From: Girardia tigrina
Lineage: Eukaryota
NCBI GenBank assembly: GCA_001938485.1
Contig: MQRK01223938.1
Span: 38,233 to 88,896, forward strand
Reading direction: 5' to 3'
DNA length: 50,664 bases
Shown: piece by piece, positions 11,809-24,654 of the stretch
Numbering within the stretch: position 1 is the first letter of the stretch
How the letters are laid out: each line of letters starts with the position of its first letter
Notes under the pieces: model-generated
Told to the model about the DNA's origin: nothing
Seen by the model: the letters and a program-made list of their open reading frames with translations, nothing else
The model's database searches: none
Translations under genes and position numbers: made by a program

Positions 11809-14800
11809 CTAAAATTGTAAAAGAAAGATTTTATTAAAAATAATAATAATTATTATTATTTAAATGAAAATACGTAACAAACATAAAACTTTTATTTATT
11901 TCAACTGAAAAATTGTAAATTAAAAACTGAATATTTTCAAATAAAAATACTTTTAAAAAATATAATTTTATTTTTAATTGCAGACATAAAATAAAATTGG
12001 TTAAAATAACATCGAATTTCATAAGGTTAAATAATTCTTTTAATTAAAATTGAGAATTTGATTTTTGTAATAAAACAATTGGAATGAAATATACAAAAAG
12101 GACAGAAGGTTTTGTGTTTCTATAGCTTGCCAAATCTTTTGAATGATAACAACATACATAAACATATGGAAAGCGGAAAGTAATAGACTTTTTATATTAA
12201 TTTTAATAATGATAAAACTCATTTAATTTTATAAGTTCAGTCGATGAATACCCTTTTAACTGTTGAATTATTTTTTAGTTTATTCCTTAAAAATATAAAG
12301 ATTTGCATTATTTTTCTGCAATATAAACCCTTTTTTGTATGATTAGCATTGCTTGATGAGGCTAATCTAAAATTTCGAATTGGATGGGTTTTTGCACTCA
12401 TACTATGTTTCGTGAGTAATAAAAAAGAACCTTTTCCACAAATAATTAAAACTTTTGTCTCTGTGTTTTAATAGTTTTTTTAGAATTTATATTGTATTCA
12501 TATAATCTGCTTATGAGCCTGGTTAATTTTTTACGATAATGAATTTTGTGTCTCTTAATAGTTTTTTGACTTGCTTTTGATCGGATTAAACGAGAATCTT
12601 AAGAGCATTCTCACTCAAAGTAAAATATCTTCAAAACATTTTCTGAACTTAAGTGCTAACCGTAATAATGTTTATATGTTTGCTAGCATTCTGTCGTTAG
12701 TAAAACGAGGAGTATACGATAATGTTGTTATTCAACATTATCAACCATATAAAATAAAAAAAACCATATAACTAACATATAAATAACATAAAATAATTCA
12801 TTATTTTTCACCCCTCTGGATAAATAAATATATAATTGTAGTAAATATAGATCAATGTATTTTTGTAGATTTTGTGTTTGCAAAAATGAAACTTGATCAA
12901 GGAATTTTACGGCTATTCAGTTATACAAACTTTATTTTCTAATAAGAAAGAGACTAGCCAAAATATGGTCAATCGAAAGAATCTACAATGAGATTAAAAA
13001 ATTTACAATTTAAAGAGTAACAAGACGTTTAACAAAAAAGAATCGGAATTCATTATCAATAAAAATAAATTTAGTAAATGGAATTTTAGTACTTCCTTAA
13101 CACTTAAATTCTACCAAATCTCTCATCCTTAGAACAGAAAACAACAACTAAACTTTCATCCACCGTCTTCTTCTAACCAAAACAACAACTTTTTAATAAA
13201 TTTCCATAATCTTGTTAAAATATTGTAAAGGCTGTAACATTCTATTTGACCGCTTTTACTCATTCATTCTTGACAAATTTTTTATCTTTTACTTTTAATT
13301 GTTATTTTTTAAATTTTCTTATGGGTACCACAGAAAGTAATCGCAAGATTTTTTAAATTAATTTTAAAAATATTTTTATTATTAAATTACTAATTTGTTG
13401 AAAAGATCATACTCTCCTTAACATGAATTTTTATTTGTATAATAATATTATTTCTCTTCTTAAAAATACTATTTATGTTGTACAAATACATATAACATTG
13501 TGCTATTAGAATAAAAACGAATTGTCTTTTTGAAGGAAACAATCACCGTAAATCAACAAAGCTAAAATTATTATTAATCTAGAAATTTTGAGATTCTGAT
13601 TCTTCATCTCAAGTGAAACATTTATTATCCACTATAGTTTGCTATTTGATGTCCTTTTTTTCACAAATCGTTACTTTTTCTTTTCAATTGTTATTCTTCT
13701 GATAATCCAATTGGTACAGGGAGGTCCATTTGTTAATAACAAAACTTGTTATATCGTGGATTTTTCGGGTTTACATTTATAACTAATGGAAGGTAAATAT
13801 TTTTTTGATATCTGTTAATTTAAATATAGTTTTTTGAATATTTTTTTATTCATTTACATTTTTTTCCATTAAATTATTTAAATTATGCTTTATATTTAAA
13901 ATTATAAGATATTTGAACTATTTTTTCAGTGTCGAACTTTTTAATTGAAAACAAAAATTCAATTTCTAAAATATATTTATTAAATTTTTAATTAAATTAA
14001 ATGTATTTTTTCCTTTGGCAATTGTTAAAAGAAATTTTTAAGAAAAAAATATGATTTTTGTAATTTAAAATAAATTTATTAAAATAATTTGATTAAAAAA
14101 TTTGATTAATTGAAAAATTTATTAAAAAACATACAAAATTTTATATTGTTAAATGGACATTATATTAACAAATGGTTCTAATATTATGTGTGTATGTTGT
14201 GTGTGCAGGTATGTATGTATGTGTGTTAAGGGGTAGAAAATATTATTTCATATATTTTCTATTCTCAAATGGACATTTTATTATCAAATGGACATTTGAG
14301 TAAGTATGTTTCTTAAATTAACATTTTGATTGGTTAAATTTTATTTTTCTTTCAATTTTAGACATGGATTCATGATATAAATAAATGGACCTTTAAAATT
14401 ACAGGCATGATAAATAAATATTATAAATTATCACGATTCATATTGATCAAAGTACAAGTAACTATTTTATTTTACTATCTTGGTTATATCAAGTACTTGT
14501 CCAATAATTTGATTCATTATTTGATTTCTTGTCTTACGACCTTACCTTTCTACTTATTAAATTATTGTTATTGTATACTCTCATTAAAAATTATATTTTA
14601 TTTTTAATAATAAATTTTTATGTAGTAATTCTAAATTTAAAATAAAATCGCAGTAAATATTGTTGACTGATATTTTTGGTGGGTGGAAAAATGTACTTGG
14701 CGAAAATTCCAGAAATTGAAAATTATGAAAATAAAATTTTTTTCATAAAATATTAGTAAAGAAAAGAAATTATTCTCAAATTAAAAACGGATATACGGAA

Positions 14801-15399
14801 TAGCCACAGAGAAATAACAAAAATAAATCACTTTTGTGACTCGTCCTTTTTTTTACAATTTCGTTGGGGAGTAGAATAAACATAATGGGAAATAATGTCT
14901 AACAGAAATAATGCAACTTTTTAATGAATTAAAGCAAATTTATTTTCTAAATTGATTTGTTTTACTTTCTCTGAATTAGGCAAATTATTAATCGTTTTTC
15001 AACTCATTGGGAATTTTTGTAAACAGAGTTCAGAAAATCCTCACAAAATGACACTGTAAAAGATGAGATTATCATTGAGGAATGTTTGAAGCATACAATT
15101 TCTTTTCAAAATGAATTATTGTTTTTGTTTTTAAGTAAATTTAAATGAAATCCTTTGAAGTTTATCGAGGAAGAATGTGTACGTTATGTAAATAGATTTC
15201 AATAAATTTTATTTATATATATTATTTTCGACCTTTTTTTAAAATATATATTATAATTAGAAGAGATTTGTCTTTTTAAACATCTCTGTTATTTTTATAT
15301 GAGAATTTTTAATTAATTTTATTCAGCGCTTACTTTTTAATCAACAATTTTCAATTTTTTTTGAGTTTAATTCTCTCTAAAGGAAAAACAGAAAGCAAA

Positions 15400-17050
15400 G
15401 CTCTGTCATGAAATGAAAAACTGTAGAACCCTTTAAAAGCAAGAAATTATTATTCTTTTGGTGGTTAATGTTTGATTTATAGACAACCTATTTTGATCAT
15501 GGCCATCAATTCTACTTAATTTAGAAATTCTGGGTTTCTTGGATTATCTTGTTTTTAATCCAGTTATCATGGGATTGATACCTAAACTTTTGGTTTTCAA
15601 TTCATGAAACTGTTTAGACTATCGGAGTTAGACTAATTCAACTGTCCTACTTTGTTAAGAAGAATGATATTTATTCAGTAAAACATCTTTTGTAAACATC
15701 ATTATGTAAACATATTTTGCACTTGCTGATATCATAACGCAATTTAGGTAGATTACAAATGATAACGCAAGAAACTAATTTGCTTCAAGGTCACATCCTG
15801 CAGGTTACAAATGAGCTATTTTCATAAATCACACAGAAGAAAGGACTTGTTTTCTTCTAACAAAAGTTACTAGAATACTTAGATAATAATTATAAATGAA
15901 GTCTATTAAATGTCATCTCTTTAGAACCCGAACTGTAATGACAAGCTCCTTGTTAATGAAACTGCTAAATAAGTTGCTTTTATCGTCTCTTTTGACTTCA
16001 TTGGCAAAGAAATAGCTGTTGTAAATCGTACTACTATCAACATCTACGGAATGGCGTAATCTTTTACAATCTCCATTATTTCTTGGATGTTGATGTTTTC
16101 CTCAGCCAGACGTTAAAATGTAGAATCAGATTTAAACAAAACGTCTTCCCAATTTATGATTTTATGACTCAATTTAAAGAATTGGAAAGATATCAAACTA
16201 TTTACGTTTAGTGTGGTGTTCTTTCATCAGTTATCTTTTAAATCAAAAAAGATTCCAAGTGCAGACTCAAAATTTTTGACTACTGGGGTAGTTCTTCTAC
16301 TAAACATGTACCAATAGTATATGTTTTGAGAGTCTTAATTGCTATGTATAGTGGTTCTAAGCTTGAAAACATTTTGAAATTACTTGAAGACTTGTTCAAT
16401 GAGAGTACCAAAAATTTCAGATTAATAACCGTTCTTTGAAACCTGGTTTAACGTCCGGTAGCCACTCAATTATGCTTACTAAGCTACTTTAGTAATTTTA
16501 AAAATCCAAAATGAGGTTCAGAGATGATATGCAATTGTAAAATGTCTTTTTATGAAAGTAGAGAGTCTGAACATTTCACAGTGCTTCTCATCTTTTCATT
16601 TACGACCTCTATTTTTACTTACAGAAAGAAGTAGAGTCTTCAGCATATTGTGTATCTACTTTGATGTAATTCATTTATTTAATTTCCAGGTTCCTTATCT
16701 TCAAGAAATGTTTCTTTCTGTACTGGATCGACATGATTTTCAATTTCCTTTTGATGGAACTGCGATTTTTTGTTATACACTGTAACCAGAACAAACCATT
16801 GAATTACAACTACAATATTTTAATTACATTTCTTATAATTCTTCATTCGCTATAAATTAAACCTTTACATTCAAATATATCTGTGCAGAAAGTATTATTT
16901 TTGTGATTCCATAATCCTATCATCCAAAGCATATAGAGCCAGACTTCTCAGGATCAGATTGTTGTACGGGATTCCATGAATCTTAGTCCTAGGATTACCT
17001 GAAACAATTCTGACTTCATATGAAGTAAAGATTTGAAAATTTTTACTAGA
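15400..17050 (-). other. Decayed coding-like segment, possible Mononegavirales L-gene endogenous viral element
   Basis: Fragments FKMFSSLEPLYIA, INWEDVLF and EIVKDYAI/SVDVDSSTIYNSYFF..LFSSFIN occur in the same order as the L-protein motifs LEPL, W..F and KDKAI/L; many stops. Confidence 0.35.
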
Positions 17051-17987
17051 AGAATAATTTCTGTTTCGATCAAAATTAAAAAGAAATTATTTGAATTCTC
17101 AAATCAAATTTTTTCCTCTTTATTCGAATTTTCTCTTTTAGAGATTTTACATTCTTCTAATGATAACATCTAATTATGATCGAATAGAAAAGTTTTCATT
17201 GCTTCACTTATTATACTCGAATTTTAAATTTTTTAATTTTTGATAATCGATATTGGGTTCATCAAGCACATCAGTAACTTTAGTGTTTAATAATTATTTT
17301 TATTTGCGCATTAGTTGAATTTTATTTTTAAACATAATGCTTATGAATAAGAATTAATGAAATACTTATTTTGCTCATATATAATTAATCGAACACTATG
17401 AATAAAATCTTGATCAATTCTAAAAATGGATCATAACTAATACTTATTGTCGTTTCTGTCATTTAATAGGAGTTTTAACAGGAGTTTTGATATTTTCTCC
17501 TAAGCTATTTGTAATAACAGATGATCTTTTGTGTTTTGGAAAATTTGATGCTCTACTTTTGGTTAAAGCTCCACTACAATCTTTAATAATATGTTTTGAT
17601 ATTCATTATATTATTTGTATTTATAGAAGCAATCATCATATTTTATACAAATATGTATAAGTGTTTTATTTGGTATATTACATTCATACTATATTCAAAC
17701 ATACAAGAAAAGGATGATATTTGGAGATTGTTAAACTCGAAGAAGTAAAAGCAGTTACTGAAGAACTGACTAAGAAAACGCCATTGATTCCGTGATTACA
17801 GCGATTGTAATACGATCTGTTCTTCAAAGTAAACTAATAATCAAATTTCAGTTACAAAAATTTACTTTTTCTATTTTTTCAGTTCTCGGCATTAACTGAT
17901 TTCTGTTATTAAAACTTACCCCATGTTACCAATCTACCTGTATACTTAACATTATTATAATTTTGTTCTCACTAACAGTTTATATTA

Positions 17988-18963
17988 TTGGGTTGGTCAA
18001 AAGGTTATTGCGTTTTTGAGTACGTCCTAATAAAAAGCTTGAAAATATAAAACGATGTGATAAAATTTTAATTCAATTATATATTCTGAAACCTTAATTT
18101 TCAGACTATGTTTATACAAAATATTAATTGATTTGTTTTAATTTATTACTTTACCGACAATTCGAAATGGAAAATCAAAATGAGCATATTCGTCATGTTT
18201 TGTTGTATTATTTTCGCAAAGTGAAAACCGCTGTGCAAGCTCATAAGATATGTTTTGTATATGGTAGTGACTCCTTAAAACTTCGACAGTGTCAATACTG
18301 GTTTTCTAAATTTCGTTTTAAAAAATTTCATTTGAAAGATGCACCACGCTCCGGTCGACCAGTTGAAGTTGATGGTGACAAAATAACAGCACTGATCAAA
18401 TCTAATCCACATATGACGACAAGAGAAGTTGCAGAGACTCTGGAAATATCAAATTCAAGTGTTGTAAATCATTTAAAGAAACTTGGATTCGTCAGTAAAC
18501 TCGATATGTGGTTACCACATGAACTGAAAGAAATTCATTTGATGAAACGTATAGACATTTGCGATTCCCTTTTGAAGCGAGAACAAAGTGATCCATTTTT
18601 GAAGCACTTGATTACGGGTGACGAAAAATGGATTGTTTACATCAATGTGGAATGCCGGCGATCATGGACAAAACGTGGTGAGCCTGCCAAAACGGTCCCA
18701 AAAGCAAAAATTCACCAAAAGAAAGTTATGCTTTCCGTTTGGTGGGATTTTAAAGAAATTGTGTTTTTTGAACTCCTTCCGAGGAATGAAACCATCAATT
18801 CAGATATATATTGTGGTCAGCTGGAGAAATTGGCTCATTCAATTCAACAGGAACGTCCTGAATTGGTAAATCGAAAAGGAGTTGTAATTCAGCATGATAA
18901 CAAAAAATTTTTTTGATAATAAATATTTTAGTAAAAATTGAAATGACCTTTTGGCCAATCCAA
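17988..18963 (+). mobile_element. Mariner transposon, 3'-deleted transposase (ORF from about 18167 to 18916)
   Basis: TIRs ttgggttggtcaaaagg / ccttttggccaatccaa with TA flanks; HTH, WLPHEL, ITGDEKW and QHDN; YSPDLAP region missing. Confidence 0.95.
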
Positions 18964-20318
18964 TATATAAGATGAAGGTAAAATACGAAAAAAATACATA
19001 TTTTAAAATTTTTTTAGTAAACGACTCTAAGTTACTACTAAGTTAATGAATATTTTTTGGAGTTTTTTTATGTTTTGTTTCATAAAAATACTGAAGTTAA
19101 TGAAGATATTGAAATTCGCCATATTATGCTTTAAAAGGCATGTTTTAAGTGATTTCAAAAACTCCATCCATAAACGAAAATTCAGTAAAAACTAAATTAT
19201 AGCATAGTTCAAGAACTTTAAATTGAACGACATTAATTTTAATAATTAAAATTAGGAATTAGTAAAACCTCAAATTTAAATGACTAGGTACATTTGGCCA
19301 TAAAGGTACATTTGAACAGGCCAAAAGCTTGACAACGATAACGTTCAATGAAGCCTTTAATATGGACAAATGTATTCTTCCCTGGAATTGTCCAACTACC
19401 AAGTAAATTGAAAGTAGTATTTAAAATATATAATGAATAAGCAGTGAGCTAATTACTTGAAGATGATTTCGTTAAAAGTATTTTTTGAATACAAAATTGA
19501 CTTTAATTATGTATAAACATAAACTATATTAATTAGAAGCAAAAAAGTGAAATTCTTTTTATCTGAAGTTGTGATTTCAATGTTATCCATCTCTCTGTTC
19601 TGGGAGAATTACGGAACAATGTCATTGTACGGATTGTTGCTCCTAGTCGGAACGCCAACTACTTTATTAACTTGTTTATGTCATACGGTTGAACGACCAA
19701 AACATAATGATATTTTTAAAAATGAACAATAAAACATTCATTGAATATAGTAATAAATAAGAGATTATCAAAATCCGAAATTAAAGGAAAATGAACACAA
19801 AAGCTCTATTTAGTTAACTTATTAATAATGTCCCCATTGTTCAGAAGACTATTAAAACTGAAATATGTTAAAAGCTTTTAAAAAGCATCAAACTTGATGT
19901 TAATCTTAACATACTATATTCTAAAGTTATGTTTCACAAGAAGAAGCTTGGTTACATGAAGAATAACAAAGAACGACTTAATTTTTAAAAAGCTTTCTTT
20001 CTTTTTTTTTGCATCGGTATATTTGATTTCTTGCTGGAATTATCTTAGTACCAAAACTTTACTCAGTACAATGATCCCCTAAATATTTTGGTAAATTAAT
20101 AATTTTACTTACTTAATAAAGAAAATGATCTTCCTTACAAACTATTTACAATAATTTGATATATAAATAGCTGTAAAGCAATTTGTTGTATTAATGAATA
20201 CAAGAATAAATACCATTTTATTTGTATTATTCACAATAATAAACGTTTTCTAAGAGTTTTTACTTCCCAACTTTATTTATTTTATCAAGTACTTCCTATT
20301 TTATCACAATAATTAAAT

Positions 20319-20320
<2 letters not shown>

Positions 20321-20380
<60 letters not shown>
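20321..20380. repeat. (ATT)n microsatellite abutting a PLE pseudo-LTR
   Basis: About 20 perfect ATT units. Confidence 0.95.
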
Positions 20381-20383
<3 letters not shown>

Positions 20384-20430
20384 AAAGACAAATAATTTCG
20401 ACGGAATAATTGTCATCGTCAGTTCATAAA
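20384..20430 (-). ncRNA. Minimal hammerhead ribozyme motif
   Basis: tttatgaa CTGACGA T GAC-aattattcc-GTC GAAA TTAT TT gtcttt; homologous to the 21409-21463 copy. Confidence 0.7.
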
Positions 20431-21408
20431 TAAATTATCAATTTTAAATACTTTTATAAATACCAAAGAAACGATCGATAATCAATCAATAAACAGAATA
20501 AAACTGAGACTAAAATGATATAAAAACCACAGATTTAAAATATATTTTGAGTATTCCATATTATGAAGATTTTGCTAAATTTAAACGTACAGTTGTTGTT
20601 TTAGTAATATTTTAAATTTTGTATGTTGAGTTTAGTATTTGGAAATGTGTTTCTCTCACCCAGATGGAAAATTGATATTTTAGATGTTCAAGATGAATAA
20701 TTATTCGAGTATAATTTATATTTTAAAGTACAGCATAAGATATTTTAAAAACTAAAAATATTAAATCGTTTCAAATTTTAATATTAAAACTTTTAATAAT
20801 TGTAAATAACTTTTAACTTATTTTTAAATTGATTTAATAAATCATTTTCTTTAAATAAAATTATTTTGAAAATTAAATTAATTTTTAGATAAAATATTTA
20901 ACAAAATTATAAAAGTAGAATTTTTAAAATAAAATCTAAAAATAATTTGAAATGAAAATTGGTTCGAATAATTGTTTATTAACAAGACATTAACAAAAAT
21001 ATATCAATTTAGAGTGTTCAAATTATGAAAGCTTTGCTGATAATTGTCCAAAAGACAATTCAAATTGTTATGAAAATAAATGTGTGAAGACCTATATCGC
21101 AAACCGATAAAATCAAAAACGTAGTATGCAATATGGATTGTGTTCGGATCTGGTATATCAATTTACATGTAATGAGTACAATGTCATATCAATTAGAGAG
21201 ACATCTCGTTATCTCTGTAGGAAAATCCAAGAATATGGCCCTAATGTTTGCGCTAATATTGCAGAACACTGAAAAGTTTTAAAATTGATTTTTAGATCCT
21301 AAGATAATATGCAAACATGTCTCTAGACAACTTTATTCAGTGTTTTTAGATGACATAATTGCTCATTTATTATATACTCCCTGCTTGTCTATGTCATAAT
21401 TTATTAAT

Positions 21409-21463
21409 TTCTTTATGACCTGACGATGACGGTTATATTGTCGAAATTAATTGTCTTTGAGAA
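21409..21463 (+). ncRNA. Minimal type I hammerhead ribozyme motif
   Basis: ttctttatgac CTGACGA T GACGG-ttata-TTGTC GAAA TTAA TT gtctttgagaa. Intact core; helix I gac/gtc; palindromic TTAA loop; overlapping AATAAA. Confidence 0.8.
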
Positions 21464-21815
21464 TAAATTTTTTTTCTTAAAATTGCTTCTTTATGTGTTC
21501 AAAAATAAAATGTCACTATTTGTTAATTATTTGATTTATTATTGTTATTATTATTTTTACTAAAAATATATAAATTAAACTGTTTTTCAAAAAAATTTAA
21601 ACTACTACATTTATAAAATTTTCTTTCAAAAAGCATAAAAATATTTAACATTATTAATTTTTATTAAATAAAAAAATTAGTATTTTCTAAACAATAATAA
21701 CTTTTCACAATATAGAAAAAATCAAAACATTATTATATTTATTTAAATAAAAATAAATGCAAAAATTTATGAGAAAATTAAAAAAAATTTAAATAAAATA
21801 ATGATCATTTCTTAC

Positions 21816-22352
21816 CGCTGGAAAATAATATTTCTCTGATCATTATCCATTGAGATTGAAAATGGATATTAATTGACACGAAATGCCCAATATTCTCCTC
21901 TAAATCTATCATTATCCATCTGGTGTTGAAATTTTCGTAATCTTCTTTAATCGCATGATTGATGGGTTTTTGTCTATCGAATTTAATCCCATCAGAGCTG
22001 AATTCAATCACAATTTGTTTAGGAAGTGCCACTGATTCTGGCCGATAATTGGCAACTCTCAAATTGACATTGAAAAATTTACGGTTGTTTAGAAATCGAA
22101 ATAAAATTCGAACGTAATCGGAAGGAAAATCAGCCCGATTCCATCCGACAAATGGAAAAGTCGTCATATTAAATGGATTGTTATCGTCCTTCTCATAATC
22201 ATTGTCAGTTAATTTTCCCAAACCGGATTTTAAAACACCCGTGTGAAGGAGAACCCCATCGTAGGACTGGTCAGTAAAATAAGATTCTTTGGTATTTTTC
22301 TGAGGATTGAAGTACAAGCTACCATCAACCATTTGATATTCAATAACATTAT
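21816..22352 (-). CDS. DDR: DDR-like receptor tyrosine kinase, exon encoding the discoidin-like (DS-like) domain
   Basis: Acceptor tttag|AT and donor AGCG|gtaaga; 537 nt, phase 1-1. Translation has YDG...GLGKLTD, FVGWNR, ILFRF..RKF and QWIMIREILFSS, matching DDR DS-like motifs (YDG..GGLGQLADG, YVGW, WLLFSEISF). Confidence 0.9.
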
Positions 22353-23299
22353 CTAAATTTTTATAATTTTTTAAAAATTTATATAATATTTTCAAAAAAT
22401 TACTTAAATACATTTTTTTGTGATTGAATAATTTCTCAACTAAAATAATTATTAATTTTCTTTTATTTTAGTTTACTTATTTTGAAAGAAAAATAAACAA
22501 AAAAAATAATAATGTTCATGTAAGACAAATTAAAAAATTTTTTTCTTTCATTAAGGAAAATAATTTAATGAGAAATACTAAAAAAAATTGTTATAAATCT
22601 TAATTTTAATTGAAATTTGCAGTAAATAATTAAGAACTCATTTATCAGTCTTGTGGTGCATAATTTTGTTTTAATGAAAACGAAATTAATTTTTTAATTA
22701 TTAATTTTATCATTGATAATCATTATAAATTAATATTCAAGTGATTTTTCTGCGTGATTTTTCTAAAATTTTTTTTAAAAAAATATTTTTTAAATTTACA
22801 TAAATTTTAAATGGAAAAAATCTTTCTTTTATTTTATGTGAATAAAATAAGAAAAAGAAACTTTATCGATTATTTTTCTTTATTATTACATTTAGATTTT
22901 TTTTTGTTTAAATTACGATTTTCGACGAGAGGAAAAAATATAATATTTTAATTTTTAAGAATATATTAAATTTTAAATTACCATGTGTAAATTAATTATT
23001 CAGAAATTGTTTTACAAATCGATATTATTTTGCAACTAAAATTTTAATAAATGATATTTTTATAATAATTAATATTTACGATAAATAAAATAATATTAAG
23101 TTTTGTGAATGCCCATTTTATATTTTTGAAACAAAATAATTTATTCTTTTATTAAGAAATTGATTATTGAACATTATTTCTGAAGATTACTTACATTTAA
23201 TTGCTAGTTTTTTATGAAAGATTATAAAAATGTATATTTATTAATTCTAGTATCATTAGATAAGGATGTGATAAAAACTTAATTTAATAAAAGATTTTA

Positions 23300-24290
23300 A
23301 GATTTAAAACGGTTTTTTGTCCATTTTGAATAAACATTAAATGGGTTGTAGGGTCTTATCAAAAATGATTCACAGAACTTTCTCTCTTAATGTGAATTAA
23401 AGTCCTTCTGTAGAACAGAAAACTCATCCTTTGAAACAGAAGACATTCTATTTTTAAAGAGTAACCAATGATAAAGAACTTTACTCAATCGACTTGATTG
23501 TGAAGGCTCATTAATTTGGGTTTTGAGATAACGATTTGTCTCTTCCATGAGTATCTGCAGTCTCTTTCATTGGTATTGCCTCTACGTTCTTTAGATTGTC
23601 CACTAAAATGTAAGAGTATCTAGTAGTCCTCCGAAAGGCCTGATACTTGGTTGGATTGATTTCGTCCCTTTTCGGCTTTTTCATAAGGAACTATCACTAA
23701 TGAACTGTAGTTCCATGATTCTGCGTGTCTTTGGTTGTATTTATTGGTAGGAAAAGTCAATCGCATCATGTATTTTAAATCGGTCACTCATAAAAGTACT
23801 AAAGCTATTGGTTACTTAACGTTGAAGATTGGACGCGATCAGGTTTACCTAACCTTGCATGGTCATTTTAAGTTCACATTATGATCATATTTATGATGAT
23901 TTCAACATTAACGTATTCAAAGATCCTACCTCAATACTTAATGACCTTAATAGTTGGGCGTGCAACATTTATCCAATGATCTGCTGTCTCTATTTAAACA
24001 ACTTGGTTATACTGCCTTCTTATTATATTCTTCTTCTTAACTACTCATCTCAAACCTTTCCATGGTCAAGCATTCCAGTTGCTGTATTACAAGCTGTATT
24101 ATTACACCAAATATAAGAGATTTTACATTCGTGACAATGTAATTTAATTTATAATTCGATTTGAAGGATTTAGAGCATTTAAGAAGAATATTTACCATAT
24201 TATAGTTAGTGGTTTCAATTACATCCAAAGTTTAAAGCTTCATCTGAAATAAATCGAAAACGATTTGTGGATTGTAATATTACTAATCTA
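23300..24290 (-). mobile_element. Penelope-like element fragment (same family as 27491-29070) with 5' inversion and an insert in the GIY-YIG
   Basis: 23340-23550 aligns to 28882-29070 (about 83% over 89 nt counted by hand); CHECKISYI at about 24110-24140; 24160-24290 is an inverted copy of the pre-endonuclease segment. Confidence 0.8.
23551..24102 (-). mobile_element. Decayed zinc-finger insert, homolog of 28311-28881
   Basis: Its 3' end aggcctttcggaggactacTAG...agtggacaatctaaaga...caatacca..agaga matches the 3' end of the 28.3-28.9 kb insert; HGTTVH versus HGTKFH. Confidence 0.65.
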
Positions 24291-24654
24291 TTATTTAATG
24301 ATCATGTATTATTTATGTTTTTTTTACCTTGTGTAATTTGATGGGGACATTTTTTAGTTTTATTTCTCTTAACATTGTCAAATTTTATAATAATGAAAAT
24401 ATTTTTCATGTAATAATAATCTTTCGCAATTATGAAATAGAAAATTCAAAATAATAGAGAAAAATTAAGTAATTAAAAGTAAAAAAATTCAATTCTAGCA
24501 AAAATTGTTAAAGAAGAAGGATCAAAAAAATTGATTATGGATAAAAAGTAAACTAAATCGTATTTAATAAAAATGCAATGATATTGTATTTATTGGAGGC
24601 TCGTACTATCTAGAAAATTCGATATTGAATAAAAAAAATCTTACATAATGATAA

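Larger units (their letters stand above)
20381..21480 (+). mobile_element. Decayed Penelope-like element with inverted 5' and direct 3' hammerhead pseudo-LTRs, interrupted by a repeat at 20605-21100
   Basis: YILSIPYYEDFAKFK (compare QILKIPYSGGFRAFK near 28120) and ETSRYLCRKIQEY GIY-YIG remnant; homologous hammerheads in opposite orientation at both ends. Confidence 0.7.

Noticed and set aside
21805-22413. ORF-track start and stop as a standalone 202-aa gene
   Set aside because: Splice signals delimit an internal exon at 21816-22352; the extra residues are intronic.
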